Shown here: piece after piece, positions 37,002 through 47,400 of the stretch
Layout of the letters: each line of letters opens with the position of its first letter
How positions within the stretch are numbered: position 1 is the stretch's first letter
Assembly (NCBI GenBank): GCA_038207335.1
Contig: JBBQZX010000024.1
Span: forward strand, 27,313 to 91,312
DNA length: 64,000 bases
From: Chthoniobacterales bacterium
Lineage (GTDB): Bacteria; Verrucomicrobiota; Verrucomicrobiia; Chthoniobacterales; Chthoniobacteraceae
Direction of reading: 5' to 3'
Notes under the pieces: generated by a model
Seen by the model: only the letters and a program-made list of their open reading frames with translations
Databases searched by the model: none
Told to the model about the DNA's origin: nothing
Program-made: the position numbers and the translations under genes

Positions 37002-37658
37002 TTATTTTGCGGTCGCGGGGGAAATCGAAAGGTCGTCGAAGCGGATCGGCGTGCCGGCGTAAGGGCTGCCCCAGATGCCCGCGCGGCCCGCGGGCGGCGC
37101 TTCTTCGTCCTCGAGCGAAATCGTCCACGCTGCCGGCTCCGCAGCATCCGCCGGCCATGCTTTTCCCTCGACGATCACACCACCGCCCTCGCCCGCGCGC
37201 ACTTGAATCTTGAGTTTCGTCCACACGCCCGGGGTCCAAGCGAAAGGCACGCTTTTCTTCCCCTCGTCGCCGCGGAAAATCTCCAGCTCTTTCTTCGACG
37301 CGCTCACCTGCAGGCGGAACCCTGCCACGCCGTTCAGGCTGATGCCGAACGCCGGCATTTTGCGTCCCTTATTCGTCGCGAAAAATCGCGCGCTCGCGCT
37401 GACACCGACTTTTTGCGTCGGGCCGAAAAGCAGACCAAACGTGTCGAGCGGCGCGCCCGGCAGCTCGAGGAACTTGTTCGCGCCCTCGGCCGTCACTGCG
37501 AAGTCGCCGGACATGACCATGAAGTCCGCCGGGGCCTTGCCGACCTCCGCCGCCTCGAAGTCATTTGTGAAAATCGGATTCGCCGAATCCTCGGCGAACG
37601 TGGAAAATGCAGGCGCAACCAACGCGGCGGCGGCTAACAAAGAGGAGGGCAATTTCAT
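37002..37658 (-). CDS. Exported protein, probable ConA/lectin-like beta-sandwich
   Basis: Signal peptide; NDFE, WTKLKI, GKAWP..AAEP..W, IRFDDLSI. Confidence 0.65.
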   Translation of the reverse strand: MKLPSSLLAAAALVAPAFSTFAEDSANPIFTNDFEAAEVGKAPADFMVMSGDFAVTAEGANKFLELPGAPLDTFGLLFGPTQKVGVSASARFFATNKGRKMPAFGISLNGVAGFRLQVSASKKELEIFRGDEGKKSVPFAWTPGVWTKLKIQVRAGEGGGVIVEGKAWPADAAEPAAWTISLEDEEAPPAGRAGIWGSPYAGTPIRFDDLSISPATAK

Positions 37659-37727
37659 CAGTGTCGAGTATCGGAAAGCGGGCTGAACCTTAGATCACGG
37701 AGCGCGCCGACGAAGCGGCATTCCATC

Positions 37728-38687
37728 TCAGACTGCCGCCATGCACGCGGCGCGCGGCTGCTGCGGGACGAGGTCGAGTTCCTCGAGTAGCGAGCGGTCT
37801 TCATCGACGCCGGGGTTCTTCGCGGTGAGGAGTTTGTCGCCGTAGAAGATGGAATTCGCGCCCGCGAAAAAGCAGAGGGCCTGCCCCTCTCGCGAGATGC
37901 GCGTGCGCCCCGCGCTGAGTCGGACTTTCGCCCGCGGCAGCGCGATGCGCGTGACCGCGATGAGCCGCACGAGCTCGAAAACATCGACGGCCGGCTGCGC
38001 CTCCATCGGCGTGCCGGGCATCGACATGAGGCAGTTGATCGGCACGCTCTCGGGCGCGGGATCGAAGCCCGTGAGCACCTCGAGCATGCGCAGCCGGTCG
38101 GTAATCGACTCGCCCATGCCGATGATGCCGCCGCAGCAGACATCCATGCCGGCCTGCTGCACGGCCTCGATCGTGTCGATGCGGTCCTGGAATGTGTGGG
38201 TCGTGACGACCTCGGGGTAGAATTCCGGCGACGTGTCGATGTTGTGATTGTAGGCCGTCACGCCCGCGTCCTTCAGCTTCTGCGCTGCGCCGAGCGAGAG
38301 CTGCCCGAGTGTCACACACACCTCCATCCCGAGCTTCGAAACCTCGCGAATCGTCCCGAGCACCTGCTCGAATTTCGCCTCCCCCTCGCGCACGCCTTTC
38401 CACGCCGCGCCCATGCAAAATCGCGTCGAGCCATTCTCTCGCGCACGTCGCGCGACCTCGAGCACCGCGTCCGTTTCCATGAGCCGTCCCGCCTTCACAT
38501 CGGTGTCGTAGCGCGAACTCTGCGCGCAATAGCCGCAGTCCTCCGAGCAGCCCCCAGTCTTGATCGAGAGCAATGTGCAGAGCTGCACTTCATTGTTGCT
38601 CCAGTGCTCGAGACACGCCTCGCGGCTCCTCGTGATGAGGTCGAAAAACGGGAGATCGTAGAGTGCCTTGAGCGACTGGAAATTCAT
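37728..38687 (-). CDS. bioB: Biotin synthase
   Basis: SIKTGGCSEDCGYCAQS, FCMGAAW, YNHNIDT, PESVPIN, VRLSAGR, GANSIFYGDKLLT. Confidence 0.97.
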   Translation of the reverse strand: MNFQSLKALYDLPFFDLITRSREACLEHWSNNEVQLCTLLSIKTGGCSEDCGYCAQSSRYDTDVKAGRLMETDAVLEVARRARENGSTRFCMGAAWKGVREGEAKFEQVLGTIREVSKLGMEVCVTLGQLSLGAAQKLKDAGVTAYNHNIDTSPEFYPEVVTTHTFQDRIDTIEAVQQAGMDVCCGGIIGMGESITDRLRMLEVLTGFDPAPESVPINCLMSMPGTPMEAQPAVDVFELVRLIAVTRIALPRAKVRLSAGRTRISREGQALCFFAGANSIFYGDKLLTAKNPGVDEDRSLLEELDLVPQQPRAACMAAV

Positions 38688-38692
38688 GAGCG

Positions 38693-38740
38693 GTGAGTTG
38701 AGGGTTTCCCGCCCCCGACGCTCAACTAAAAAACTCTCGA
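38693..38740. repeat. CTCAACT-type palindromic element upstream of bioB
   Basis: GAGTTGAG...CGCTCAACTAAAAAACTCTC; near-identical to the reverse complement of 20061-20083. Confidence 0.55.
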
Positions 38741-38750
38741 ACCTCTGCAA

Positions 38751-39452
38751 TCACCGCGTCCAGCGCCCGCCGGGCGTGGAGATGATCGGCAGTTCGTCGG
38801 TCTGATATTCCGTCTTCCCGCTCGCGCCGATCATCGGGAGACCGACCGCCGACCGCCATTTCGCGCTCATGCTCTCGCCCGTGTGGCAGCCCCAGCTCTT
38901 GACGAACGCATCGCGCGCGAAAATCCCGCGATGGATTTTCCCGAGCTCCGACTCGTGGAGCCAGACCTTCGAGGCGCTGTCGATGTTGTTGGAGTAGTCG
39001 AAGAGGAAGCACGCCTTGTTCGAGTGTCCGAAATACTCGAGGTCCGAGATTTTTACCGTGTCACGAGGGCGCCCGGCGTTGATGTAGTTGATGAGTTCCG
39101 GCTGCGTGTCGAAATAGACGACCTTCACCCCGAACGCCTCGCGCACGGAGTTGATGTTGGCGATCAAATCTTTTCCGTCCTGCCGTCCGCGCGCGATGTA
39201 GGCCGGCCGATAGACGAGCCAAGTTACGTCCAAGCCGGGGCTGACCGCTTGGATTTCCTGCGTCCGGATGCGCGCCGCGCGCACGAAATTCATCCACCAA
39301 CTATCGTGCGGCTGCGCCTTGAATTTCTCCCACGCCCAAATCGAAACGCCTCCGACGATGAGGATCGCCTCGCGCGGCTGTGGCTCCACGGCGCGCGCGG
39401 AAGGCGGGAGGAGTGAAAGCAGGGCGGCGGCGAGGATGGCGAGTTGTCTCAT
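38751..39452 (-). CDS. Secreted hypothetical protein with His/Cys motifs (DUF4347/clan CD-like)
   Basis: Signal peptide; LEYFGHSN and KSWGCHTG. Confidence 0.7.
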   Translation of the reverse strand: MRQLAILAAALLSLLPPSARAVEPQPREAILIVGGVSIWAWEKFKAQPHDSWWMNFVRAARIRTQEIQAVSPGLDVTWLVYRPAYIARGRQDGKDLIANINSVREAFGVKVVYFDTQPELINYINAGRPRDTVKISDLEYFGHSNKACFLFDYSNNIDSASKVWLHESELGKIHRGIFARDAFVKSWGCHTGESMSAKWRSAVGLPMIGASGKTEYQTDELPIISTPGGRWTR

Positions 39453-39520
39453 AAATTTTGCGCGCGGGAAGATGCCGCATTTTCCCACGCTGACAAGCAG
39501 CACCATCGATAACGCGTGCG

Positions 39521-40366
39521 CTACCCGACCTCCGCAGCGAGCGCGGCGTGGTCGATCGTGGTGAGCCGTTCGCGCTTCGCGCCAAGCTGCGGAATGCACT
39601 CGATGAGCGCCCGCGTGTAGGGATGCTGCGGGTTTTTCAGAACGCTCGCGGTCTCGCCGTACTCCACGATTTTCCCGCGAAACATAACCGCCACGCGGTC
39701 GGCGATACCGCTGATGATGCCGAAATTGTGCGTGATCAAAATGATCGCCATTTTCACGCGCTGCTTGAGTTGCTTCAGCTCATCGATGATCTGCGCTTGA
39801 ATCGTGACATCAAGCGCGGTGGTCGGCTCGTCGGCGACAAGCAGGTCCGGCTGGCATGAGAGCGCCATCGCGATCATGGCGCGCTGCTGCATCCCGCCGC
39901 TGAGCTGGTGAGGGTAGTCGCGCATCCGTTTCGCGGGATCGACGATGCCGACGAGGTCCAGATATTTCACCACCTCCGCGTCGATGTCGGTCACTTCCCG
40001 TCGATGCAGTTTGATCGCCTCCGCGATTTGATTTCGAATCGTAAAAACCGGGTTCAGCGAAGTGGAGGGCTCCTGAAAAATGTAGGCGATTTTTTTGCCT
40101 CGGATGCCGCGCAACTCGCCCGGCGACAGCTTCAAGACATCGCGCCCCTCGAGCAAAATCTCGCCGCTTTTGTAAATCGCCGGCGGCTCCGGGAGCAGCC
40201 TCGTGAGCGCAAGCCCCGTGACACTTTTTCCGCTGCCGCTCTCCCCGACGATCGCCAGCGTCTCCCCCGGCTCCATCGAAAATGAAATGCCCTTCACCGC
40301 ATCCACCGCCCCACCCTCGGTCGCGAATTGAATGGCCAGATTGCGGACTTCGAGGAGCGGTTTCAT
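39521..40366 (-). CDS. Peptide ABC transporter ATP-binding protein (OppD/DppD-like)
   Basis: [34 protein letters not shown]. Confidence 0.95.
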   Translation of the reverse strand: MKPLLEVRNLAIQFATEGGAVDAVKGISFSMEPGETLAIVGESGSGKSVTGLALTRLLPEPPAIYKSGEILLEGRDVLKLSPGELRGIRGKKIAYIFQEPSTSLNPVFTIRNQIAEAIKLHRREVTDIDAEVVKYLDLVGIVDPAKRMRDYPHQLSGGMQQRAMIAMALSCQPDLLVADEPTTALDVTIQAQIIDELKQLKQRVKMAIILITHNFGIISGIADRVAVMFRGKIVEYGETASVLKNPQHPYTRALIECIPQLGAKRERLTTIDHAALAAEVG

Positions 40367-40390
40367 TAAGGTGAGATTTTCTTTTGTGCG

Positions 40391-41404
40391 TTAACCGCGC
40401 TTCGGGTCGAAGGCGCGGCGGAGGGCGTCGCCGAAGAGATTGAGTGAAAGAACGAGGCCAAAGAGCGCGGCGGTGGCGGCGGTGAGATTCCACCAGACGA
40501 GCGGCTCGCGGCTGAGTTCGCTGCGCGCGCCGTCGATCATCGCGCCCCAGCTCGCAGTGCCGACGGGCGAGCCGACGCCGAGGTAGCTGAGGATCGCTTC
40601 GGCGAGGACGAGTCCGGAGAAGCCGAGAACGAAATTGATGAGGACGAGGTGCAGCACATTTGGCAGCAAATGGCTCGTGACGATCTTCCACTGAGACTGC
40701 CCGAGCGACCGCGCGGCGGCGATGTATGGGCGCTCGGCCTGGCGCATCGTCTCGCCGCGGATCAAGCGGCAGAGCCCGACCCAGCTCGTGACACCGAGCG
40801 CGATGGACATGGTGCCGAGGCCTTTCCCGAGCACCATGAGGATCGAGATGAGCAGCAGGATTTCGGGGATCGAGGCGAGAGTGCTGTAGATGTATTGGAT
40901 GAGGTCATCGACCCAGCGGCGGTAATATCCGGCGAGGATGCCGAGCAGCGTGCCGAGCGGAATGTAGATAGCGCTCGTGAGTCCGCCGATGATGAGAGCG
41001 GTGCGGCAGGCGCGCAGGGTCTGGACGAATGTGTCTTTGCCGAGCGCGTCGGTGCCGAGAATGTGCGTGCCATTCAGCGCCTCAGCTTTGGCGACCGACA
41101 GCGTCTCTTTTGCAAACGGCGCGCTGTAGCTGGTCTCGTGCGGGATGCTCTGCGTGAGCCAGCCGAGGATGCTGACGCTGTACCATTCGCGATGCGGAAT
41201 CTGGATCGCCTCGAGCGCGCCGACGGCGAGGTAGAGGGCGATGACGACACCGGAAATCATGCCGACTTTATCGCGGCGGAGGCGCTTCCACGCGCGCTGC
41301 CAGCGTTCGTTTCTCGATCCACGCCAGATAAGCGCGGCGACCAGCGCGAAGCCGAAAACGACGATCGCGTCCTGCACCCAGATGTTGTCGAAAAAGCGCG
41401 CCAT
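40391..41404 (-). CDS. Peptide ABC transporter permease (OppC/DppC-like)
   Basis: HILGTDALGKD, AARSLG, EAILSYLGVG, NLFGDALRRAFDPK. Confidence 0.93.
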   Translation of the reverse strand: MARFFDNIWVQDAIVVFGFALVAALIWRGSRNERWQRAWKRLRRDKVGMISGVVIALYLAVGALEAIQIPHREWYSVSILGWLTQSIPHETSYSAPFAKETLSVAKAEALNGTHILGTDALGKDTFVQTLRACRTALIIGGLTSAIYIPLGTLLGILAGYYRRWVDDLIQYIYSTLASIPEILLLISILMVLGKGLGTMSIALGVTSWVGLCRLIRGETMRQAERPYIAAARSLGQSQWKIVTSHLLPNVLHLVLINFVLGFSGLVLAEAILSYLGVGSPVGTASWGAMIDGARSELSREPLVWWNLTAATAALFGLVLSLNLFGDALRRAFDPKRG

Positions 41405-41407
41405 ATT

Positions 41408-42382
41408 TCAGCTCAGGCGGATGCGCGGATCGACGAGCGCATAGCAGATGTCGGTGAGGATGAGGCCGATCAAATAGAGGATCGAGCCGAGATAGACAGA
41501 CGCGAAGACGGTGGCGAAATCGCCCTGCTGGATCGCGAGAAAAAGTGTGTTCCCGAGCCCCGGGATGCCGAAGAAATTTTCGACGAGCAACGAGCCCATC
41601 ACGAGCAGCGGCAGATGAGCGACGATGAGCGTGATGAGCGAAATCATGCCGTTTTTCAGGACGTGGACGAAGAGCAGGCGCGAGTTGGAGACGCCTTTTG
41701 CCTGCGCAGTGCGGATGTAGTCCTGCGCGATTTCCTCGAGGAAAATCGCGCGGTAAAGGCGCACGTCCGCGCCGAGTCCCATGACGGCGATGAGCGCGAT
41801 TGGGAGGATTAAAAATTTCACAGTCGAGAGGCCGTGGAGGTCGTAGCCGAATGCAGGGAAGTAGTTGAGCGACAGCGCGACGACGGCCTGGCCAAAAATG
41901 ATCCATACCATCGGCGGGAGGCTCATCATCGCGACCGCGGCGAGCGCGCCGAATGTGTCGAGCGGGGTGTCGCGGACGAAGACCTGATACAGCGCGATGC
42001 TGACCGCGAGCGCGATGCCGACGAAGAACGCGGGCATCGTGATGAGCAGCGATGGAATCGCGCCTTCCTTGAAGACTTCCTTCAAATCGCGGCCGGTAAC
42101 GTCGGAGACGCCGAGGCGAAAAGTGGCGAGCTTTTTGACGTGATTGAAGAACTGTGAGTCGAGCAGCGACTCGCCGGATTTCGTGTTGAAAAAGCGCGGC
42201 TTGTCGTAGCCGCGATGGTGCATCCAATCGGCAATGGCGGCAGGCGTGGCGCGTTTTCCGAGGATGACTTTCGCGCGCGTCGCCGGGCTCTGGACCACGA
42301 AGGAAAGCAGGAACGTGATCAGGATCACGCCGAGCAAAATCGGGATCGCGTAGAGGATGCGGCGGAGAAGGTAGCTAAACAT
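41408..42382 (-). CDS. Peptide ABC transporter permease (OppB/DppB-like)
   Basis: YLLRRIL, DYIRTAQAKG, ENFFGIPGLG, YALVDPRIR. Confidence 0.93.
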   Translation of the reverse strand: MFSYLLRRILYAIPILLGVILITFLLSFVVQSPATRAKVILGKRATPAAIADWMHHRGYDKPRFFNTKSGESLLDSQFFNHVKKLATFRLGVSDVTGRDLKEVFKEGAIPSLLITMPAFFVGIALAVSIALYQVFVRDTPLDTFGALAAVAMMSLPPMVWIIFGQAVVALSLNYFPAFGYDLHGLSTVKFLILPIALIAVMGLGADVRLYRAIFLEEIAQDYIRTAQAKGVSNSRLLFVHVLKNGMISLITLIVAHLPLLVMGSLLVENFFGIPGLGNTLFLAIQQGDFATVFASVYLGSILYLIGLILTDICYALVDPRIRLS

Positions 42383-44378
42383 TCCGCCTCCGATTTAGCA
42401 TGACTCCATAGCCGACCGCACCGAGCGCGGCGAACACTGCAACCGCGATCGGCCAGTTCGCGACCGGGTTCCATTCGCGGCGCTTTTTCTCGCGAAGATC
42501 GTAGTCGAGCACGGCGTATTTCACGCCGCCTTCGAGCATGAGATTGTTGTGCGTGCGCGGCGCGAAGGGCGAAATGAGGCGGTAGTAAGCTTTGTTGAAA
42601 AACGGAATCATCGCGCAATCTTCGAGCAGCAAGGCGTTCATCTTTTTCACGATCTCGAAACGCTCAGGCGAGCCTTCCATTGTCGCCATTTGCTCGAAAA
42701 GCCGGTCGAATTCCGGGTTCAAATATCGGCCCGTGTTCTTACCCGTTGGAGGAAAGTTTTTGCTGTAGAAAAGGAAGAAAAAGTTCTCCGGGTCCGGATA
42801 ATCCGCCTGCCAGCCGGTGCTCGCGATTTGGAAATTCCCCTGGTCTTCCTTTTCCAAAAGCCGCGGAAACGTGTTCTCGATCACGCGCACTTTGATTCCG
42901 AGTTGCTCGAATTGCCGCTGCTCATACTCGGCCATTTGCCGCTCTGTCGCGCCCGTCGCCGTCACATCCATCGTCATCTCGAGCTGCCTGCCGGTCGATG
43001 CGTCGCGGCCATTTGGAAAGCCCGCTTCCGCGAGCAACCGCTTCCCCTTTTCGAGGTCGGGGCCATACGGATTCGTGAATCCTTTCTGAAATCCAAAAAT
43101 CCCCGGCGGGATGAGCTGCTGCGAGACGGGCGCGACGCCGTTGTAGAAAATATCGATCCACCCCTGCGGCTGAAACGCGCAGGACAGCGCCTGCCGCAGC
43201 TTCGGCCGCGGGCCCAGCACGGGATCTTGCATATTGAACATCAGCCAGAACGAACTGGGTTCGATATCCTTTTCGATCGTCATGCCGCGCTCGCGGTATC
43301 GTGGCGTGAGCTGCTGCGAGACGGTCACGACCGAGTTGAACGCGTCTTTGCTCACCGCCATGCCGTCGAGATAACCCTGCCGAGCGAGCAGGAAAACGGG
43401 GAGCGTCTCGCGGAAGATCGTGAAATCGATTTCATCGACGAGCGGCAGCGCGCGACCGGCGAGCGGGCGATTTAGCGCCTCCTTTTCCGGTGGCCAGCCG
43501 CCCTCGGGAAAACGCGTCGTGATGTAGTGCGGATTGCGCTCCAGGCGCACGCGCTGGCCGGGCGTGTATTCGCGGAAAACGAAGGCGCCAGTCGCGACCG
43601 GCTTCCATTTGTAAAGCGGGCGAATCTGCATTTCGCCGCCAGGTCCGTCCGGATGCGAGCGTCCGTCGTAATACTCGACCCACTCCCGCGGCATCGGCGA
43701 TGTGAAGTGCATGGCGAGCCAGTAGATGATCTGCGGATACGGCTTCAGCAGATGTATTTTGAAAGTGTGGTCGTCGATGATTTCGATGCCGCGAATCGGC
43801 TGCGAATAGTCGAATCCCGTCGTCGATGTTTTCCCCGCCTCCGCCACCTCCGCGAGACCGGCGACGTATTCCGCGAGCGTCGATTGCACGGGACATTCGA
43901 CCTTCGGGTCGGCGATACGCTGCCATGCAAAAAGCGCGTCGGTCGCGGTGAGTTCGCGCCCTTTCCCGCCGGGAAAGCAAGGGTCGTCGTGAAACAAAAT
44001 CCCTCGCTTCAGCTTGCAGAGATAATCCTGCGTTCCGTCAGGGTTCGCGGTGTGCTCGGGCATCGACTCAAGCAGGCACGGGACAACCTCGTACGGGTCG
44101 GTTTTCATCGGCGCGTACTCGAGCAGCATCTCGACGACTGGCTCGAGCACTGCGCGGCTCGTTTCTTCGTACGCGAATTGCGGGTCGAGCGAGCGCGGCT
44201 CATCCGGCAGCGCACCGTAGCGCACGAGCCACGGAGACCCGTCGGGGCGCTTATCGTGGAGCGGGCGCGGGTTGGGGTCGTTGCCGCAGCCCGCGAGCCA
44301 GAGCGTGGTCGCGGCGAGGAAAAGCAGTCGCGTGAGGGAGGACAATTCCGGGACTCGGAACACGCGGGGTTTCTTCAT
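42375..44378 (-). CDS. Family 5 solute-binding lipoprotein with an extra C-terminal TM helix
   Basis: LAGC lipobox; RSLDP, ATGAF, FNMQDP, GWQADYPDPENF; C-terminal IAVAVFAALGAVGYGVML-NRRR. Confidence 0.9.
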   Translation of the reverse strand: MKKPRVFRVPELSSLTRLLFLAATTLWLAGCGNDPNPRPLHDKRPDGSPWLVRYGALPDEPRSLDPQFAYEETSRAVLEPVVEMLLEYAPMKTDPYEVVPCLLESMPEHTANPDGTQDYLCKLKRGILFHDDPCFPGGKGRELTATDALFAWQRIADPKVECPVQSTLAEYVAGLAEVAEAGKTSTTGFDYSQPIRGIEIIDDHTFKIHLLKPYPQIIYWLAMHFTSPMPREWVEYYDGRSHPDGPGGEMQIRPLYKWKPVATGAFVFREYTPGQRVRLERNPHYITTRFPEGGWPPEKEALNRPLAGRALPLVDEIDFTIFRETLPVFLLARQGYLDGMAVSKDAFNSVVTVSQQLTPRYRERGMTIEKDIEPSSFWLMFNMQDPVLGPRPKLRQALSCAFQPQGWIDIFYNGVAPVSQQLIPPGIFGFQKGFTNPYGPDLEKGKRLLAEAGFPNGRDASTGRQLEMTMDVTATGATERQMAEYEQRQFEQLGIKVRVIENTFPRLLEKEDQGNFQIASTGWQADYPDPENFFFLFYSKNFPPTGKNTGRYLNPEFDRLFEQMATMEGSPERFEIVKKMNALLLEDCAMIPFFNKAYYRLISPFAPRTHNNLMLEGGVKYAVLDYDLREKKRREWNPVANWPIAVAVFAALGAVGYGVMLNRRRNV

Positions 44379-44488
44379 CAAGGCGCGCACTATCGGCAGC
44401 GCGCGGAGCGAATCAAACCCTTGCTGCCGAAAAAGTCGGTGCGTTCCCCACTGGTTGACGCTCGCCTCGTTTCACCGCATCCTCCGCC

Positions 44489-47400
44489 ATGATATCCGGC
44501 ACCCTGATCGAACCCCTCGAGGCGCGGATCGCCCCAGCCAATCTCGCGTTCTCGATCACGGGCGGCGGCGGGGGCGACGAGACGATCACCGACGCGGCGG
44601 TGGATGGCGCGGGCAATATTTACGTCGTCGGGTTTTTCGAGAAGACCGTCGATTTCGATCCCGGTCCGGGGGTGGAAAACCGCACCGCCACGACCGATCG
44701 CGCGGATTCGTTCGTCGCCAAGTACACGAGCGCCGGCGACCTCGCGTGGGTCGATGTAATCCGCGCATCGAACGAAAGTGGCAACCGCAACAACAGCGAT
44801 TTCCTGCGCGTCGCGGTCACCGATGCCGGCGATGTCTTCGTCTCGAATTCCTTTGGCCAACAGGGCGGGCAGCCCACCGTCATCGGATTTTTCGACGGTC
44901 AAAGCACGCTCTCCACTCGGACGCTCACACAGATTTCCCAGCCGGGCGATGTTTACGTCACGAAGTATGACACGCTCGGACGCAACATCTGGGCGACGGC
45001 GTTTGGCACGAGCAATCCGGTCAGCCTCGACACGCTGGATCTCGCTGTGGATCAAAAAGGCGGCATTTATCTCGCCGGGAAAATGCACGCCGGGGGGGGC
45101 AGCAGCTCCGTCGATTTTGGGACGTTCACGCTCAATGCCGATGCGGGCGAAGATGAACCGTTTTTCGTCAAACTGCAGGACGGCGCGACGCCGAGTGTGG
45201 TCTGGGCGAGCGACACAAGCTCTCCGGGAGTCATCGCGAATATCCACGATCTCGACATCGCGGTGGATCGCGCGGGCAACGTCGCTGTGCGCGGGACGAT
45301 CGACGGTGCGCTGACGTTTGCGACTTCGCCCCTCACGACGATCAGCCAGAGTATTTTCGTCGCGAAACTCGACCTCGCCGGAAATTGGGCGTGGGCGGAT
45401 GGCTTCGACGGCGGCGTGGACAATAGCGCAAATGTCGCCTTCGACAGTACCGGCAACGTGTTCGTCACGGGCGACTTCACCGGCTCTATCGATATCGATC
45501 CGGGCCCGGGCGTGGTGGCACTCGTCTCTTCTGGATTGAGCGATAGCTACCTTCTCAAACTCGATCCCGCGGGAGCGTTCGTTTTCGCGAAGAAGTTCGG
45601 CAATTTCGGGGAGAACACTGTCGGCAAAGTGGGTGTGGACGACCTAGACCGCGTTCACTTTGAGGTGAATACCGGCGGGGAATTGCTCGATGCCGACCCG
45701 AGCCCTTTCGTCCATTTGTTTGCTGGGGACGGCGTGGGCGTGACGCTCGACAACGCCGGCAACTACATTGAGGCGACCGCCGGATATGGATCTAACTCGC
45801 ACGGCAGCGATCAATCCATCGTGAGTCACGACGGCGGATTTTATCGCTTCGGCGGCTTCGCGGGGTCGTTTAATGTCGCTTTCGATTCGGCGACCGAAAC
45901 GCTCAAGAGCAAAGGGGGCGATGACTTCTTCGTCGCGCGGTATTTCCCCGGAAAGCTGGTCGCGCAGGATTTGCAGCAGCCAGTTTTGGCACAAAGTTTT
46001 GCGCTCGGCGGCGCGGGTGAGCAATTCGGCGGACCGGTCGTCGTGGACTCGCTGGGCAATCTTTACGTCGCCGGACGCTTCTCGGGGACGGTCGATTTCG
46101 ATCGCGGTCCGGGGGTCGTGAACCTCACGAGTTCAGACGCGACCGGAAATGTCTTCATCGCCAAATACGATCCGCTCGGCGCGCTCCAGTGGGCGCAGCA
46201 GGTAAGAATGGCCGTCACATTCGCCGCGGATGCTGAGGAGTTCGCCGTCAAGCTCGCGCTCGATGCGGCAGGGAACGTGTACATCGCGACGGAGTTCAAC
46301 ACCTCCGCAACGCTGGGAACTTTCACCGTGACGAATCCGAATCTCACACCGGGCGTCCGCGATATTTTGATCGGAAAGCTCGGCTCGAACGGCTCACCGA
46401 TCTGGGTGGAAAGCATCGGCAATTCCGGACTGAATGAATACTTGATTGGCGCGCTCGCGGTCAGGGCCTCGACTGGCGACGTCGTGCTTTCCGGCCAGTT
46501 TTCGGGAACGGTCAATTTCGATCCGGCCGGCAGCCCCGCGGGCAGTCGCACCGCCATTAACAACAGCGGCAACGGAAGCGATGGATACGTCCTCGAGCTC
46601 GATACTTTCGGCGCGTTCAAGTGGGTCCGGCAGCTCGGCGGTTCCACCGCGGCACTGACCGATGTCAGCGGGCTTGGCTTCCTGTCTGGAGGCGATGTCG
46701 TCGCCTCCGGCAACTTCCGAGGGACAATCGATTTCAACTACCTCTCCGGCTCGCCGGCACTGTTGACGAGTGCAACGAAGGCGCCAAACGAGACGTCGAC
46801 ATTCACCGCGCGATTCACGGCGGGAGCAGGCACCGTCGTCTGGAGCGAGGGTTTCGGCGGTTCCACCAAGTCGGATCGGCCGACCAGCATTGCGGTCAGC
46901 GGCGCAGATGAGGTTTTCGTCGCCGGACAATTCACCGGATCGCAGGATTTCGATCCCGGCAGCGGAGTTTCCCCGCTGATCGAAGCCGACGGCGCTCCGT
47001 CGGAAGGCGACGCTTTCATCGAGAAACTCGCCGGTCTCGACGGCTCGTTCTTGAACGCCGTTGGCTTTGGCGGGACCGGCGGCGACCGCGCGCTGCAACT
47101 CGGGCTCGACGGCACAGGCTCGCTTTTCGTGCTCGGAAAAATGGGCGACTCGATCGATCTCGATCCCGGTCCAGGCATCGCACGGCTGACTTCGAAGACC
47201 GATGGCGGCTACTTCGTCAGCCGCTTCGACCCGGCGACGCTCGGCTTCGTTACCGGTTTCCAAGTCGCCGCGTTCAGCTCCGACGGCGATGCGCCGGGAA
47301 ACAAGGGACCGGGGATCGATGCCAGCGCACCCGGCGGTTTCTGGGTCGATGCCGCGGGCAGTATTTATCTCAGCACCAGCTTCGTCGACACGCTCGATCT

